DNA of 41,952 bases, from IMG/VR virus record IMGVR_UViG_3300005326_000711, positions 1 through 41,952 of that record. One strand, given 5' to 3'. Within the stretch, counting starts at the first letter, position 1. Every line of letters starts with the position of its first letter. Below, piece by piece: positions 9,609-19,369 of the stretch. The notes under the pieces are model-generated. The model was given only the letters and a program-made list of their open reading frames with translations. It did no database searches and was not told the DNA's origin. The position numbers were made by a program, and so were the translations under genes. The stretch comes from a virus. Taxonomy: Duplodnaviria > Caudoviricetes.

Positions 9609-12007
9609 AAGTAAGCACCTCCCAAAGCACGATTGAGTGCATCTACATCGATGGTTGATGCAGTTGTATTGACAGTAACGTTGTTGGTTGTATAACTGCT
9701 GTTTGATGAACTTGAACTCGATTGAAATATCTTCCCTGAGAATAGATCCCCAAAGAAATTACCCACTTTACCAAACACTTTTCCGACACCTTCGAATGCC
9801 TTAGCGATATTATCGATAATCCATTTAACGGCATCGATGATTTTTGTTAATAACCATAAGACTGGCTCAAGAACGGTCATGAGGAGTCTAAGAGCTGGTG
9901 CTAATAAAACACTGATTACTTCTCCAATGATGGCAAGTAAAGGACTAAATGCTTCAAGTAAGAACTTGATCATATCGAGTTGTCCAATCAGTGGAGCAAG
10001 AAGCAAGTCAATGAGTGGCATCAGTAAAACCATGACACTTGCTATCGCTTCAATGATAACTGTAATCAATGCCAAGATTGGTTCTAGTACAGCAATTAAC
10101 ACATCGAGGATTGGGGTCAAGATTTGAATAAGAATATCAACCAAGATGAGTACTACATCTGCTACCACTTTAAATAACGACCCCAGTACTTCAAGCACTC
10201 GATTTAGTGGGTCAATAAAGGACATAATTAAATCTGCAATTGTATTCATGACAATGCCTAAAACACCAATGATTACTTCTAAAATAACTTTTAGGGGTTC
10301 CAGGAGCTGTACAAGTACCACTAACACTTTTGATAGAACGTTGCCGAGAAGCTCGACAACCATTTGAATAAATGGAACAAGTGATAGAATGACACCGGAT
10401 AGCATCTTCAAAATTTCGATAAACGGTGGAAGTAATTCTTCAAGTAACCCTAATAGAGCATTCATTAGTTCGCTTAAAACCATAATAATCACATCTATCA
10501 CGTTGATAAGTGGGTCTAAAATGCCATCTAAAAGTTCAACAAAGGCATTGATCAAGGAATCAAGAATACCAATAATCACTTCGAAAATTGGTTCGAGTTT
10601 AGACGCAAGTTTTGATATGAGTTCTGTGATCGGCACTAAAAGTTTTTGGAGTGCATCAAATACTTTTTTCAATAGTTCCTGGAACTTTTCGTTTTTGAGC
10701 AATAAAACTACCAGTGCAGCAACAAGACCAATGATTGCAAGTTTGCCAATCGCAAGTCCCTTAAACAGTTCTGCACCTTTAAAAATAGATAGAGCGGATT
10801 TCAATTGTCCAAATAATGGAATTGCTTTTGCTACAATTACCAAGATTGGTCCAATACTAGCTAGTACTACTGTAAATATGCCAACCATTTTCTTTGTTGA
10901 ATCGGATAGATTAGCCCACCAATTCACCATACTTCTAGTTGCTGGTATAACTTTTTCTTGGATGGTGTCGACAACTTTTTGAAGTACTGGTACAAGTGTG
11001 ACTCCCAAAGATACACTTAAACTCGAGATAGATTGCTTCAATTTATCTACAGAATCATTGAATTTTCCTGCAGTATCAGCTTGTTCACTAGTTACTAAAC
11101 CTAATGCTTCTGCCTCATTTTTGAGTCCTTCAATTTCACTTGTAGTTGCACCAATCACTTGAGCGAGTTCAGCACCAATCTTGTCACCGAAGATTTGGTT
11201 TGCAATAGCTACTCGTAGTGTTGCATCTTCTAGACTTGATAAACTGTTTCTAATAAGGTCGAAGGCTTGGTCGCTATCCAAACCTATTAGATCGTTGGTT
11301 GTTAATCCAATTTGGCTAAGGTACTCTTCGTACTTAGATCCATTTCCAGTGGCGATATCACCTAAAATTGAATTCAACCTTACAAAGGACTTTTGCATTA
11401 CTGCTTCATCAACAGCAAGGATTTTAAAGGCATGACTCCACTTTTGATATGCTTCAACTGATAAATAGACTTTGGATGCATTATCAGCGATTGCATCTGC
11501 AGTTTGCATGGACTTCATCGTTAATACACCTAAAGCAGAAACAGCACCAAGAATTGGTGCAGTCACATACTTAGTCATCGATGACCCTACTTTGGCAAGC
11601 TTATCAACGTTGATGGCACCTAAAGACTTAATCTTCGTGGCAGTTTGTTCTAACTCAATGTTTAGTTTGTTAATGTCGGTTTCAGTATATTGAATTGATC
11701 GTTTCAATGCACCGAATTCTTTCTCCGAAATCGCACCAATTTTTAATGCCTTTTTTGCTTCTTCAAGTTTTGCATTTTGTGCTTCGAGTTTCTTTTTTGA
11801 GGTTTCCAGGACCTGGTTTAATTTATCTTGTTTATCTTTCCATAAAGAAATATTTGAACTATCAAACTTTAAAGCATTGTTGATTGCTTTTAAGTCCTTC
11901 TGCTCTTCCTTAAGTTCGGATGTGATGTCTTTAAGGTTACGGTCAAGTTCGGTCGTGTCAAGACCAAGTTTGATGTTTAAACCTTTAACGGTCTCTGCCA
12001 CGTTCAT
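9605..12007 (-). CDS. Tail tape measure protein
   Basis: 800 aa; N-terminal VKGLNIKLGLDTT plus coiled coil, MTKYVTAPI motif, long amphipathic repeats. Confidence 0.9.
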   Translation of the reverse strand: MNVAETVKGLNIKLGLDTTELDRNLKDITSELKEEQKDLKAINNALKFDSSNISLWKDKQDKLNQVLETSKKKLEAQNAKLEEAKKALKIGAISEKEFGALKRSIQYTETDINKLNIELEQTATKIKSLGAINVDKLAKVGSSMTKYVTAPILGAVSALGVLTMKSMQTADAIADNASKVYLSVEAYQKWSHAFKILAVDEAVMQKSFVRLNSILGDIATGNGSKYEEYLSQIGLTTNDLIGLDSDQAFDLIRNSLSSLEDATLRVAIANQIFGDKIGAELAQVIGATTSEIEGLKNEAEALGLVTSEQADTAGKFNDSVDKLKQSISSLSVSLGVTLVPVLQKVVDTIQEKVIPATRSMVNWWANLSDSTKKMVGIFTVVLASIGPILVIVAKAIPLFGQLKSALSIFKGAELFKGLAIGKLAIIGLVAALVVLLLKNEKFQELLKKVFDALQKLLVPITELISKLASKLEPIFEVIIGILDSLINAFVELLDGILDPLINVIDVIIMVLSELMNALLGLLEELLPPFIEILKMLSGVILSLVPFIQMVVELLGNVLSKVLVVLVQLLEPLKVILEVIIGVLGIVMNTIADLIMSFIDPLNRVLEVLGSLFKVVADVVLILVDILIQILTPILDVLIAVLEPILALITVIIEAIASVMVLLMPLIDLLLAPLIGQLDMIKFLLEAFSPLLAIIGEVISVLLAPALRLLMTVLEPVLWLLTKIIDAVKWIIDNIAKAFEGVGKVFGKVGNFFGDLFSGKIFQSSSSSSNSSYTTNNVTVNTTASTIDVDALNRALGGAYL

Positions 12008-12016
12008 CCCCTCTTT

Positions 12017-12220
12017 CTATAACAAGAATTTATCTATATCTGTTTGGGTAGCATTTCTACTGCCCACCCCACCATGTGTTTCCATCTCAATATCAACAAT
12101 TTCAGCATAAGTATTGATGTCAAAATACTGACTTTCACTAATTTGAATACCTAGTTTGGCTAGGTTATAAATGATAGAAGCAGTGATGGGGATGTTACCT
12201 ACTTTTTTGCTGAGTTTCCC
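12017..12220 (-). CDS. Tail assembly chaperone C-terminal extension (gpGT), reached by -1 frameshift
   Basis: The -1 frame from GGGAAAC (12214-12220) is open to TAG at 12017 and ends ...RNATQTDIDKFLL, a typical gpT ending; not in the ORF track. Confidence 0.75.
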   Translation of the reverse strand, partial: GKLSKKVGNIPITASIIYNLAKLGIQISESQYFDINTYAEIVDIEMETHGGVGSRNATQTDIDKFLL

Positions 12221-12543
12221 TCTTTAATAGTTCCAAGTAGTTCTGCAATTGTAGTGGCTATTGTTTCCAACTCAATAGTGTTACTTAAAATCGTGAAATC
12301 GAACTCTTGAAGAAACTCATCATAACTAGATTTGGTAAAAGGTTTATGCAAAATATAGGTGATTTTAAATATGACATCAATGACTGTAGATAGTGCTGAT
12401 AAATTATTGTGTTGTGATAACTGATCAAGCACTGAGATGTCGGAAAAGAGTTCGGTTCCAAAAGTATTTTTGTATGAAATTATGGTAAATAAGCTTGATT
12501 TAAGTTTGTACTCACTGTTTTGAATGTGTAGTGTCTTTTCCAT
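12199..12543 (-). CDS. Tail assembly chaperone (gpG)
   Basis: 114 aa between the major tail protein and tape measure; slippery heptamers at its 3' end. Confidence 0.8.
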   Translation of the reverse strand: MEKTLHIQNSEYKLKSSLFTIISYKNTFGTELFSDISVLDQLSQHNNLSALSTVIDVIFKITYILHKPFTKSSYDEFLQEFDFTILSNTIELETIATTIAELLGTIKEGNSAKK

Positions 12544-12546
12544 GGG

Positions 12547-13119
12547 TTATACTCCAATCGTTGGTAATACTGGTGAGGTTTCTAAGAATGTAAGATAATT
12601 AGTATCTCCAAGATTAGCGATAACATGAGTGATGAGATAATTACCAACCTCAATTGGTCTTGCAACGATACTGAGAGTGATTGAGTTAGCTTCAACTGAT
12701 TCACCCTTGGTTTTTGTTGCTTCATTGACCGGTGTAACTGAACACAAATAAAACCAAACACGTCTTGCTTTGGCATCCCCTTGAAATTCAAAGCCTAAAG
12801 CAAATGTTTGAACACCCGCATTTGTGACTTCGACTAGATTTCCGTTGGTTAACTTCTTATACCCCAAAATATCAATTTTGAAAGTGTCTGATAGTTCTGA
12901 TAGTTTCAATGTGATATTTCTACCAGCGTTTTGAACAAGTGTTGCAATCACTGAATCATCAGCGTAAATCGACTGACTACCTCCAATGATTTCACTTGAG
13001 AATTCCTGAGCACCTAAAAGTGAAATTGGGGTATCAAATGTCCAAGACCCATCTTCCGATTGAGTCGCCTTAGAGTAATGAACATTTTTTAGACCAAAGG
13101 TTACTTTGTTTTGTGACAT
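12547..13119 (-). CDS. Major tail protein (phi13 family)
   Basis: NKVTFGLKNVHY, YADD, FALGFEFQGD motifs. Confidence 0.9.
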   Translation of the reverse strand: MSQNKVTFGLKNVHYSKATQSEDGSWTFDTPISLLGAQEFSSEIIGGSQSIYADDSVIATLVQNAGRNITLKLSELSDTFKIDILGYKKLTNGNLVEVTNAGVQTFALGFEFQGDAKARRVWFYLCSVTPVNEATKTKGESVEANSITLSIVARPIEVGNYLITHVIANLGDTNYLTFLETSPVLPTIGV

Positions 13120-13121
13120 GA

Positions 13122-13472
13122 TTAATATCCTCCTGTGGATAAAATATTGATTTGGTAAACACGATTGATTGAATAATCATCGTTTTGATAGGTACTCACC
13201 AGCACCGGAATGATTTCCTTTTGATTCATAGTCTCTTCAAATAGATGAATGAGTGCTTCATTTCTTGTTTTAGTAACAATTGTTACTTGATATTCGACAT
13301 TGTATAGAAGTGCTCTATTGTCTGCTGTGATTGGCCGTTTAGAGATTATTTGATAAACAATATACGGCAGCTGATTCGTTGTTTCGGTATTGTCATAGAG
13401 ATTGCTCATATAGTGGACATTCTCGGTTATACTTCTTAAAGTGTTATAAATTATATCGTTATGTAGTGCCAT
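13122..13472 (-). CDS. Tail completion/terminator protein
   Basis: 116 aa; LPYIVY...ADN motif; canonical position before the major tail protein. Confidence 0.65.
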   Translation of the reverse strand: MALHNDIIYNTLRSITENVHYMSNLYDNTETTNQLPYIVYQIISKRPITADNRALLYNVEYQVTIVTKTRNEALIHLFEETMNQKEIIPVLVSTYQNDDYSINRVYQINILSTGGY

Positions 13473-13848
13473 TGGTAATGATCCTTTTAATGTCTTCTAA
13501 CATCTTTGGCGTGAAATAATCATAAGATGGTCGAAGAAATGGTCTTCCAGGTATATGCTTTCCATTTGTATGTCTAAAACCAAGTTCGATAAGATGTACG
13601 AGTTGGTATTTTGATTTACTTGATATGTAGATAATTTGGTTTGTCCCAGTTCCAACAATAGTTTTTACAAAAGAGTCTGCTAGATGGTTTCCAACCTGGT
13701 TACTTCTAGGTGCGTTTTCTTTTACATAATCAAGAATTTCATCAGCACAGTTTTCAACGCTTTTGAGTATACTTTCCTTGGTTTCCACCGCATAATCACT
13801 AACCATTTCAGACAGTTTCCCTGCCATTTCGCTCAAATTGATGGCCAT
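13459..13848 (-). CDS. HK97 gp10 family neck protein
   Basis: AP...G.LADS, HLIELG, GRPFLRP motifs. Confidence 0.85.
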   Translation of the reverse strand: MAINLSEMAGKLSEMVSDYAVETKESILKSVENCADEILDYVKENAPRSNQVGNHLADSFVKTIVGTGTNQIIYISSKSKYQLVHLIELGFRHTNGKHIPGRPFLRPSYDYFTPKMLEDIKRIITNGTT

Positions 13849-14159
13849 ATAAAATCATCCTCAAGCAAGCTAGTTTTCGATAAGTAGAGTTCAATGAACT
13901 GGCCACCAAAAAAGGTGCGTTCAACTCGATAATAACTGTTTTCAATTTGGACAAACTTCTCATTTTGATAAGAGAATGCATTGACTTGAACTTTAATCTC
14001 AATTTTGATTTTCGTTTCAATCGATACTTTCCATTCTTCTCTTGTCAGTGAACGCATGATACCAATCACATCTTTACTCGATAAAACATCATACTTATCT
14101 TTGTTTTGTGAAACGGTTATGAGTTTGAGTCTGACATTGGGACTATTTGGGAATGGCAT
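13833..14159 (-). CDS. Head closure / head-tail adaptor protein
   Basis: 108 aa; SLTREEW...YRVERT...IELY pattern; canonical position. Confidence 0.7.
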   Translation of the reverse strand: MPFPNSPNVRLKLITVSQNKDKYDVLSSKDVIGIMRSLTREEWKVSIETKIKIEIKVQVNAFSYQNEKFVQIENSYYRVERTFFGGQFIELYLSKTSLLEDDFIWPSI

Positions 14160-14160
14160 A

Positions 14161-14445
14161 TCAAATCCCCTTGGATAGTGATACTTGCTTTAAAAGGAAA
14201 TAAAAGGCTTGTGGAAGTTCTTTAACTGATCCATCGCCTTTAAAACCGAAAAAGGTTTTCACATAAATGAGAACCAAACTTTGTATATCGTGATCCAATA
14301 GATGAGTATCACTCACCCCAGTAGACTTGACTAGGGTGAGAGCACTCTCAATTAGAGCGTTTATTTCAGCGTCCGCAAATGATTCGGAATCACTGATCAT
14401 CAATGAACTTTTTACTAGGTTAAGTAAACTTGATGGTACGCTCAT
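14161..14445 (-). CDS. Head-tail connector protein (gp6-like)
   Basis: 94 aa after the capsid gene; VKSSL.I...DAEI..LIESA motif. Confidence 0.75.
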   Translation of the reverse strand: MSVPSSLLNLVKSSLMISDSESFADAEINALIESALTLVKSTGVSDTHLLDHDIQSLVLIYVKTFFGFKGDGSVKELPQAFYFLLKQVSLSKGI

Positions 14446-14449
14446 GATG

Positions 14450-15592
14450 TTATTCGCCAGCTGGTGTTACTGCACCTTTTTTCACACGAACAAAGCCTTT
14501 GTATCCAACAACATTACCACCTGCAAAGACAGATGCTTTGTAGCAGATGATACCTTGTTTAAACTTATAATCAGTGGATTTACTGATTTCAATTGGTGAA
14601 AAGATTGCTGTTTCATAGTTCTTTAAGGAACCGTAAGCAATGCAGTATGCACCAGTTGTGGTTGCAGTGTTGCTGATTGCATCACAGTTGGAGTTGATGA
14701 TATAGAAAATGCCATCGATAGTATGGTTCACATAATCAATCGTATGTACTTTACGACCTTCCGAAGTACGTAATCTTGCAAATGCACGAAGGTCTCCTTT
14801 ACTTAAAATAAGGACTGCACTACCTTCAACTTCTTCCGGTCCACCATAAGCGTAGATAATATCATCAAGTGTATCTTCAGTGATTTCTGACACTTCAACA
14901 TCAGTGGTATCACCAAGTGCAACAGCACTTTGACTAAAAATACCGGTGAATTGGTTTGAACCACCTGCACCTTTCAAGATTTCGAGGGATAACTTTTTCT
15001 TTAGACTTGTCTTAATGTTTTTGATAACTTCAGCTTGGTAATTGACTGCAGGTAATTTTTCAAGCTCTTCAGTGATTTCAGTGTAGGCTGTCAACTTACA
15101 CTTTGTGATGGTTAAATAACCAAACGTTGGCTCGGTTTCTGTGTAGTCAGCACCTTCAAGAGTACTTCCTGCTACACCAGAACCTTTAACGAATGTTTTC
15201 TTATAAGTTTCTCCTCCAATTAGATTGACAAGATTGATGTTATCCACGAGAGTAGATACTTCACTAAATGGATAAGCAGTGAGTTTGGTATCGGTGTGTT
15301 CTGGTAATAGAATTTCATCTTGAGACACCTGGATGGTGCGTTTTTCTCGTAAGTCTTGACCACGTTTCTCAAGAACTTCTTTAGGAATCCCTTTTGATTT
15401 GGTTTCGATGACAGGAGATGGATCAAACTTTTTAGCCATTTCAATCTTCTTGTTTAAAACTGTTCGCTCCTCATTAAGTGTATCAATTTCTTGTTCTAGT
15501 TTTTCGAGTTCTTCAAGCGATGCAGTATCCGTTACTTTGCGAATTTCTGCTAATCGTTGTTCAATTTCTTTCATGCGTACATTTGAGTTCAT
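14450..15592 (-). CDS. Major capsid protein (HK97 family)
   Basis: 380 aa with an N-terminal coiled-coil delta domain; EG.DY.E.EPTF and ITEEL motifs. Confidence 0.93.
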   Translation of the reverse strand: MNSNVRMKEIEQRLAEIRKVTDTASLEELEKLEQEIDTLNEERTVLNKKIEMAKKFDPSPVIETKSKGIPKEVLEKRGQDLREKRTIQVSQDEILLPEHTDTKLTAYPFSEVSTLVDNINLVNLIGGETYKKTFVKGSGVAGSTLEGADYTETEPTFGYLTITKCKLTAYTEITEELEKLPAVNYQAEVIKNIKTSLKKKLSLEILKGAGGSNQFTGIFSQSAVALGDTTDVEVSEITEDTLDDIIYAYGGPEEVEGSAVLILSKGDLRAFARLRTSEGRKVHTIDYVNHTIDGIFYIINSNCDAISNTATTTGAYCIAYGSLKNYETAIFSPIEISKSTDYKFKQGIICYKASVFAGGNVVGYKGFVRVKKGAVTPAGE

Positions 15593-15594
15593 AT

Positions 15595-16191
15595 TTAATG
15601 ACTTCCTTTCAATTTGATTTGAATTCTCTTTTTTATGAGGTTCGTACTCTTATCAATCTCTACCTTATCCAAGGCTTCTAGTTCCAACTCCATGGTTTCT
15701 AGACTACGAGCATAGATTGAAGTATCTTCATAAGCTGGGGTATCAACAATCGACACATCATAAAGACGTTCAATCGATTTGATCATACGTTTGGGGATTT
15801 CACCACTTCTATCCCATGTTTGTTCTTTCACACTAAAAGCAAATGACATCTTATCAAGCAGTCCGTTTTGAACCATCTTAAAGATGTCCTGGTTGGATGC
15901 TGTATCAAGCAGTTTAGCTCGAACCTTTAGTCCTACTTCATCTACCACAAGTGTGAGAGATTCATTACGAGTTCTAGCGATAACAAGAAAGTTATCTTGA
16001 TGGTTATATTTGAGTGGCACATCTTTCATCTGAGTTTGTGATAAAGCATTCTTATCAATTGCTTCAATAAATCCACGTTTCTCATCGCCAATCAAAGTTT
16101 CCTTGTTAAAAACGATGGCATAACCTTCAAGAACCATCTCGTTATTTTCAGTGTTCAGTTGTATTTCTGATAATCTAATCTCTTTATTCAT
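15595..16191 (-). CDS. HK97 family prohead protease
   Basis: LEGYAIVFN, YNH, KMSFAF, LYDVSIVDTPAY motifs. Confidence 0.93.
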   Translation of the reverse strand: MNKEIRLSEIQLNTENNEMVLEGYAIVFNKETLIGDEKRGFIEAIDKNALSQTQMKDVPLKYNHQDNFLVIARTRNESLTLVVDEVGLKVRAKLLDTASNQDIFKMVQNGLLDKMSFAFSVKEQTWDRSGEIPKRMIKSIERLYDVSIVDTPAYEDTSIYARSLETMELELEALDKVEIDKSTNLIKKRIQIKLKGSH

Positions 16192-16194
16192 AAT

Positions 16195-16235
16195 AAAAAA
16201 CTCCTTCGATATACCAATTGTATCGAAAGAGTTTT
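16195..16235 (-). terminator. Hairpin with T-tract overlapping the protease SD and the -10 of the motif promoter
   Basis: Minus strand reads AAAACTCtTTCGATA-caattggta-TATCGAAgGAGTTTT-TT. Confidence 0.6.
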
Positions 16236-16265
16236 AAATATTTAGGGGTCAAACTGATGACTTGT
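16217..16265 (-). promoter_or_regulatory. Repeated phage promoter motif, copy 1 (upstream of protease/capsid/tail genes)
   Basis: ACAAGTCATCAGTTTGACCCCTAAATA-N16-TACAAT. Confidence 0.7.
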
Positions 16266-16298
16266 TGATATAATTTAGAAATAAGGAGTTGATTATCT

Positions 16299-16541
16299 AT
16301 GAACCAAGAACAAATCATTAATAAGGCATTACATTTATACAAATCTGGACAAAACGTTTTTTCATCTGAAATATGTGAATCTATCGATAAATTGCATCAT
16401 CATGATAGGATTCACACTATTATTCAAGTCATTAAGAAGATTAATGAACCTGCAGAAACTCTAATTCTTTATGGAAAATTGACTGAATCATTCAATTGGT
16501 TGACTGAGGACGATATTAAAGAAATAAAGAAAAGAGTATAG
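16299..16541 (+). CDS. Hypothetical moron gene, antisense to the head operon
   Basis: 80 aa; SD AAGGAG and TGaTATAAT (16266-16274) upstream; fills the portal-protease gap. Confidence 0.65.
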   Translation: MNQEQIINKALHLYKSGQNVFSSEICESIDKLHHHDRIHTIIQVIKKINEPAETLILYGKLTESFNWLTEDDIKEIKKRV

Positions 16542-16543
16542 TT

Positions 16544-17731
16544 CTATTTTAAGTCACCTATTTGGTAATCGTTTGCTTTGGTTGAATCAACATAATTCAG
16601 ACTTTGTAGACGTTTATTACCATCTTCAACTGGTTCAAGACCCAGTAATGCTCTTGATTCGTTCAAACTCATGAGACCTAATCCCATGAGTTTTTCTATT
16701 GCATTCACTTTTGTGTTCCAGGAAGCATATTGTAGTCTCTCACTGTAGAAGATAATTTGCTCACCTTCTTCTTTTTGTTTTCTCGATAAAAGGATTCTAG
16801 AAAACTCCTCAGATAATTTGATTGATAACTGCTCAATTGTTCCTTCATAGAAAGCGTTGAATTCCTCTTCAGTGTACTTATTGTTGTAAATAGGTTCAGA
16901 CACTCTGAAATAAGATAGGATTTTTTTGTTAAGGAAATCTAGTGTTGCTGCATCCACTAGCTTTGGATCAATAGTTAGAGGAACATAATCAGCTTTTAAG
17001 TCAACTGGAATGATAGCAGAGTTGTTTTCTCGAATACTATTTTTCAAGGCTGTGTCAAAAAGTTCTTTTTGCTTTTTTTTATCTTCTTGCGACAGCATAG
17101 CATTCATCTTAAGTAAACCTTTGATTTGAAATGATGATTTGATCGCATTATCGATTCCTTGCAAGATTGAGTCATTGATTGCAATAGTTCTTAATACTGC
17201 ACTATGGTCGGAGATTGCACCATTACCACCAAAGATTTCATTGGAATAAAAGTAACGTCTTAAATGTATTAGAGAGTCATACGGAACTAGGTAACTATTT
17301 CCATCATCAAAATGCATTTCAAGGTAGACAGTGCCTAAGTCATCTTTCTTTATCTCAACTGTATTAGGCTTGATTGGGTAAAGACCTTCTAATTCATTCC
17401 GCTCGTTAAACTTGGGATATATAAAAACGTTGTTATTCAAATAGAGTAGTGAAACAATCTTATAAATAAAATCACTAGGACTCATTAGTTCATTTGGCTG
17501 ATGTTTTAAAAGATATGATAAGGTTCCCTTTTGTTCTTCTACTAGATTCTTAGTTTCCTTGATATGCCTTGGTTTTAGTTTGGATGCATGACTCGCTATG
17601 CAATCAATACAAATCCTGACAGTATCTGAATTTAGTATGTTCGAACCAAAATCACTAAAAATATCGGTTAGGTTAACCGATAAAAAAGATTGATCTATAC
17701 TCTTTGTTTTTTTACGACTAAATATTCCCAT
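16544..17731 (-). CDS. Portal protein (HK97 family)
   Basis: 395 aa; V..CID.IA, L...PNELMS, IHLR, LNE.R.LLGL.P motifs. Confidence 0.92.
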   Translation of the reverse strand: MGIFSRKKTKSIDQSFLSVNLTDIFSDFGSNILNSDTVRICIDCIASHASKLKPRHIKETKNLVEEQKGTLSYLLKHQPNELMSPSDFIYKIVSLLYLNNNVFIYPKFNERNELEGLYPIKPNTVEIKKDDLGTVYLEMHFDDGNSYLVPYDSLIHLRRYFYSNEIFGGNGAISDHSAVLRTIAINDSILQGIDNAIKSSFQIKGLLKMNAMLSQEDKKKQKELFDTALKNSIRENNSAIIPVDLKADYVPLTIDPKLVDAATLDFLNKKILSYFRVSEPIYNNKYTEEEFNAFYEGTIEQLSIKLSEEFSRILLSRKQKEEGEQIIFYSERLQYASWNTKVNAIEKLMGLGLMSLNESRALLGLEPVEDGNKRLQSLNYVDSTKANDYQIGDLK

Positions 17732-19369
17732 TTATTTCACCATCTGTTCATACTCGTTACGATATCTATTCAATACTGCATAAGCGATTATAAGTGCAAC
17801 TGCACCATCAATTCTTCTAAACTTACTACTCAATTTACTTGGTTGAATATTTCCGTTGATATCAATTTTCGCCTGTGTATTCGCTAGATTCCATTTCAAG
17901 ATTGGATTATTATTGTAGTTGATTAACTTATTCTTTAGATCAGCTTCAAGTTGTTTCATAGGTTCTGATAGTGTATAGATGCCTTGTCTTACCTTCTCCA
18001 TTGTGAACCCAAGCTCTTCCATTTCCTTAATCCAATAAAGTGCATTCCATGGATCATATCCCACCCATAATGGGCGGATACCATCTTTTTGCACCCTTTC
18101 CATAAACCACTTAGTAACTAGTGAGAAATCATTTTGATTACCATCGGTCAATGTGAGAAAGCCTTGTTGATGCCATAAATCATAGGGAACTGAATCTTCT
18201 TCAATTCTTTTTAGCATCACATCTTTCGGCATAAAGAAATGTGGTAATACGTATTTGATATTGTCTTTTTGGATTAATAATACTGCACAAGTCAAGTCTG
18301 TCGTATTCGATAAATCAACTGCTCCGATAGCATAACTATTCTTCAATGAAATTGTATGCTTACTTTCGTTGTTCAAATCGCTATAGGTTAACCATGAACC
18401 TGATTCAGTTTGCTTGATATTAAAATCTTTACATAGCATTGTGACTCGTGTAGATAAGTCATTCTTCGATTTATTCATGATGTCTTCTAAGTAAGACTCA
18501 AGCTTAATACTTCCTAAAGAGGGATTTGATTTTTGCCATGTTTTTTTATCTGAATAGATTTCATCTTGTGAATCCTGGGTGTATAGCCACGGCAATAGTT
18601 TCTCATCGCTAATCTCTCCCTTAATCATTTTTCTACAGTATTGTAGTTTTTTATCAAGAAATCCCTCAGTTACAGTGCCTTCTGTTGTGATGATAAAGAT
18701 GAGTGGTTCTTTCTTGGTGGATTGACTTTGTTTAATCGCATCGTAAACTTTTGAATCTGTCATCTCATGGACTTCATCAATGCAACCAACTTCAATGTTA
18801 TATCCATCTTTATTTCGAGATTGAGCAGAAAGTTTCTTGATTTTATTTTTTGTCCTTGGTGAATAAATGTAGAAGATATTTTTCTTGCTTCTTTTCTCAC
18901 TTGATAAGGCTTTGGATCCTTCACGCATATTGTTAATCTCTTCAAACAAAATACTTGCTTGGTCTGATGTATTGCTTGCACATACAATATCAACCCCACC
19001 TCTAGACAGGAAGAATTCTGCAAGATCGATTCCAGCAACAAATGTTGTCTTTCCGTTCTTTCTAGCGATTAGGAGCAACACTTCGTTGAATCTTCTTAAT
19101 CCAGTATCTTTGTACTTAAATCCATAGGCTGTCTGTAAAAGTGCTTTTTCCCAAAGTTCTAAAATAAAAGGATGACCATTGAATGGAGACTTCGTATGCT
19201 TACAGAATGTTTCTATGAAATTTATCCTTGTATGTCCTGAACGTTCATCGAATGCATACTTTGGATTGTCTAAATCCAAAACAAGTTGATCCAGGACTGC
19301 TTTCAGTTCCTTGCCAACAACGATTGCACCTTCTTGAATTTCATTGTAGTAAGTTAGAAGATAATTCAT
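17732..19369 (-). CDS. terL: Terminase large subunit
   Basis: Walker A IARKNGKT, Walker B CIDEVHE, ITTEG, VDLS, YDPW, RIDGAVA. Confidence 0.95.
   Translation of the reverse strand: MNYLLTYYNEIQEGAIVVGKELKAVLDQLVLDLDNPKYAFDERSGHTRINFIETFCKHTKSPFNGHPFILELWEKALLQTAYGFKYKDTGLRRFNEVLLLIARKNGKTTFVAGIDLAEFFLSRGGVDIVCASNTSDQASILFEEINNMREGSKALSSEKRSKKNIFYIYSPRTKNKIKKLSAQSRNKDGYNIEVGCIDEVHEMTDSKVYDAIKQSQSTKKEPLIFIITTEGTVTEGFLDKKLQYCRKMIKGEISDEKLLPWLYTQDSQDEIYSDKKTWQKSNPSLGSIKLESYLEDIMNKSKNDLSTRVTMLCKDFNIKQTESGSWLTYSDLNNESKHTISLKNSYAIGAVDLSNTTDLTCAVLLIQKDNIKYVLPHFFMPKDVMLKRIEEDSVPYDLWHQQGFLTLTDGNQNDFSLVTKWFMERVQKDGIRPLWVGYDPWNALYWIKEMEELGFTMEKVRQGIYTLSEPMKQLEADLKNKLINYNNNPILKWNLANTQAKIDINGNIQPSKLSSKFRRIDGAVALIIAYAVLNRYRNEYEQMVK

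Noticed and set aside
9837-12110. Several plus-strand ORFs of 62-197 aa opposite the tape measure (and similar short ORFs elsewhere)
   Set aside because: Antisense or alternate-frame shadows of well-supported genes, with no SD or recognisable motifs.
16239-16265. CTGATGA/CTGAAGA in the repeated motif suggested hammerhead ribozymes
   Set aside because: No copy has stem II followed by GAAA and stem III; the fixed TACAAT on the other strand fits a promoter better.
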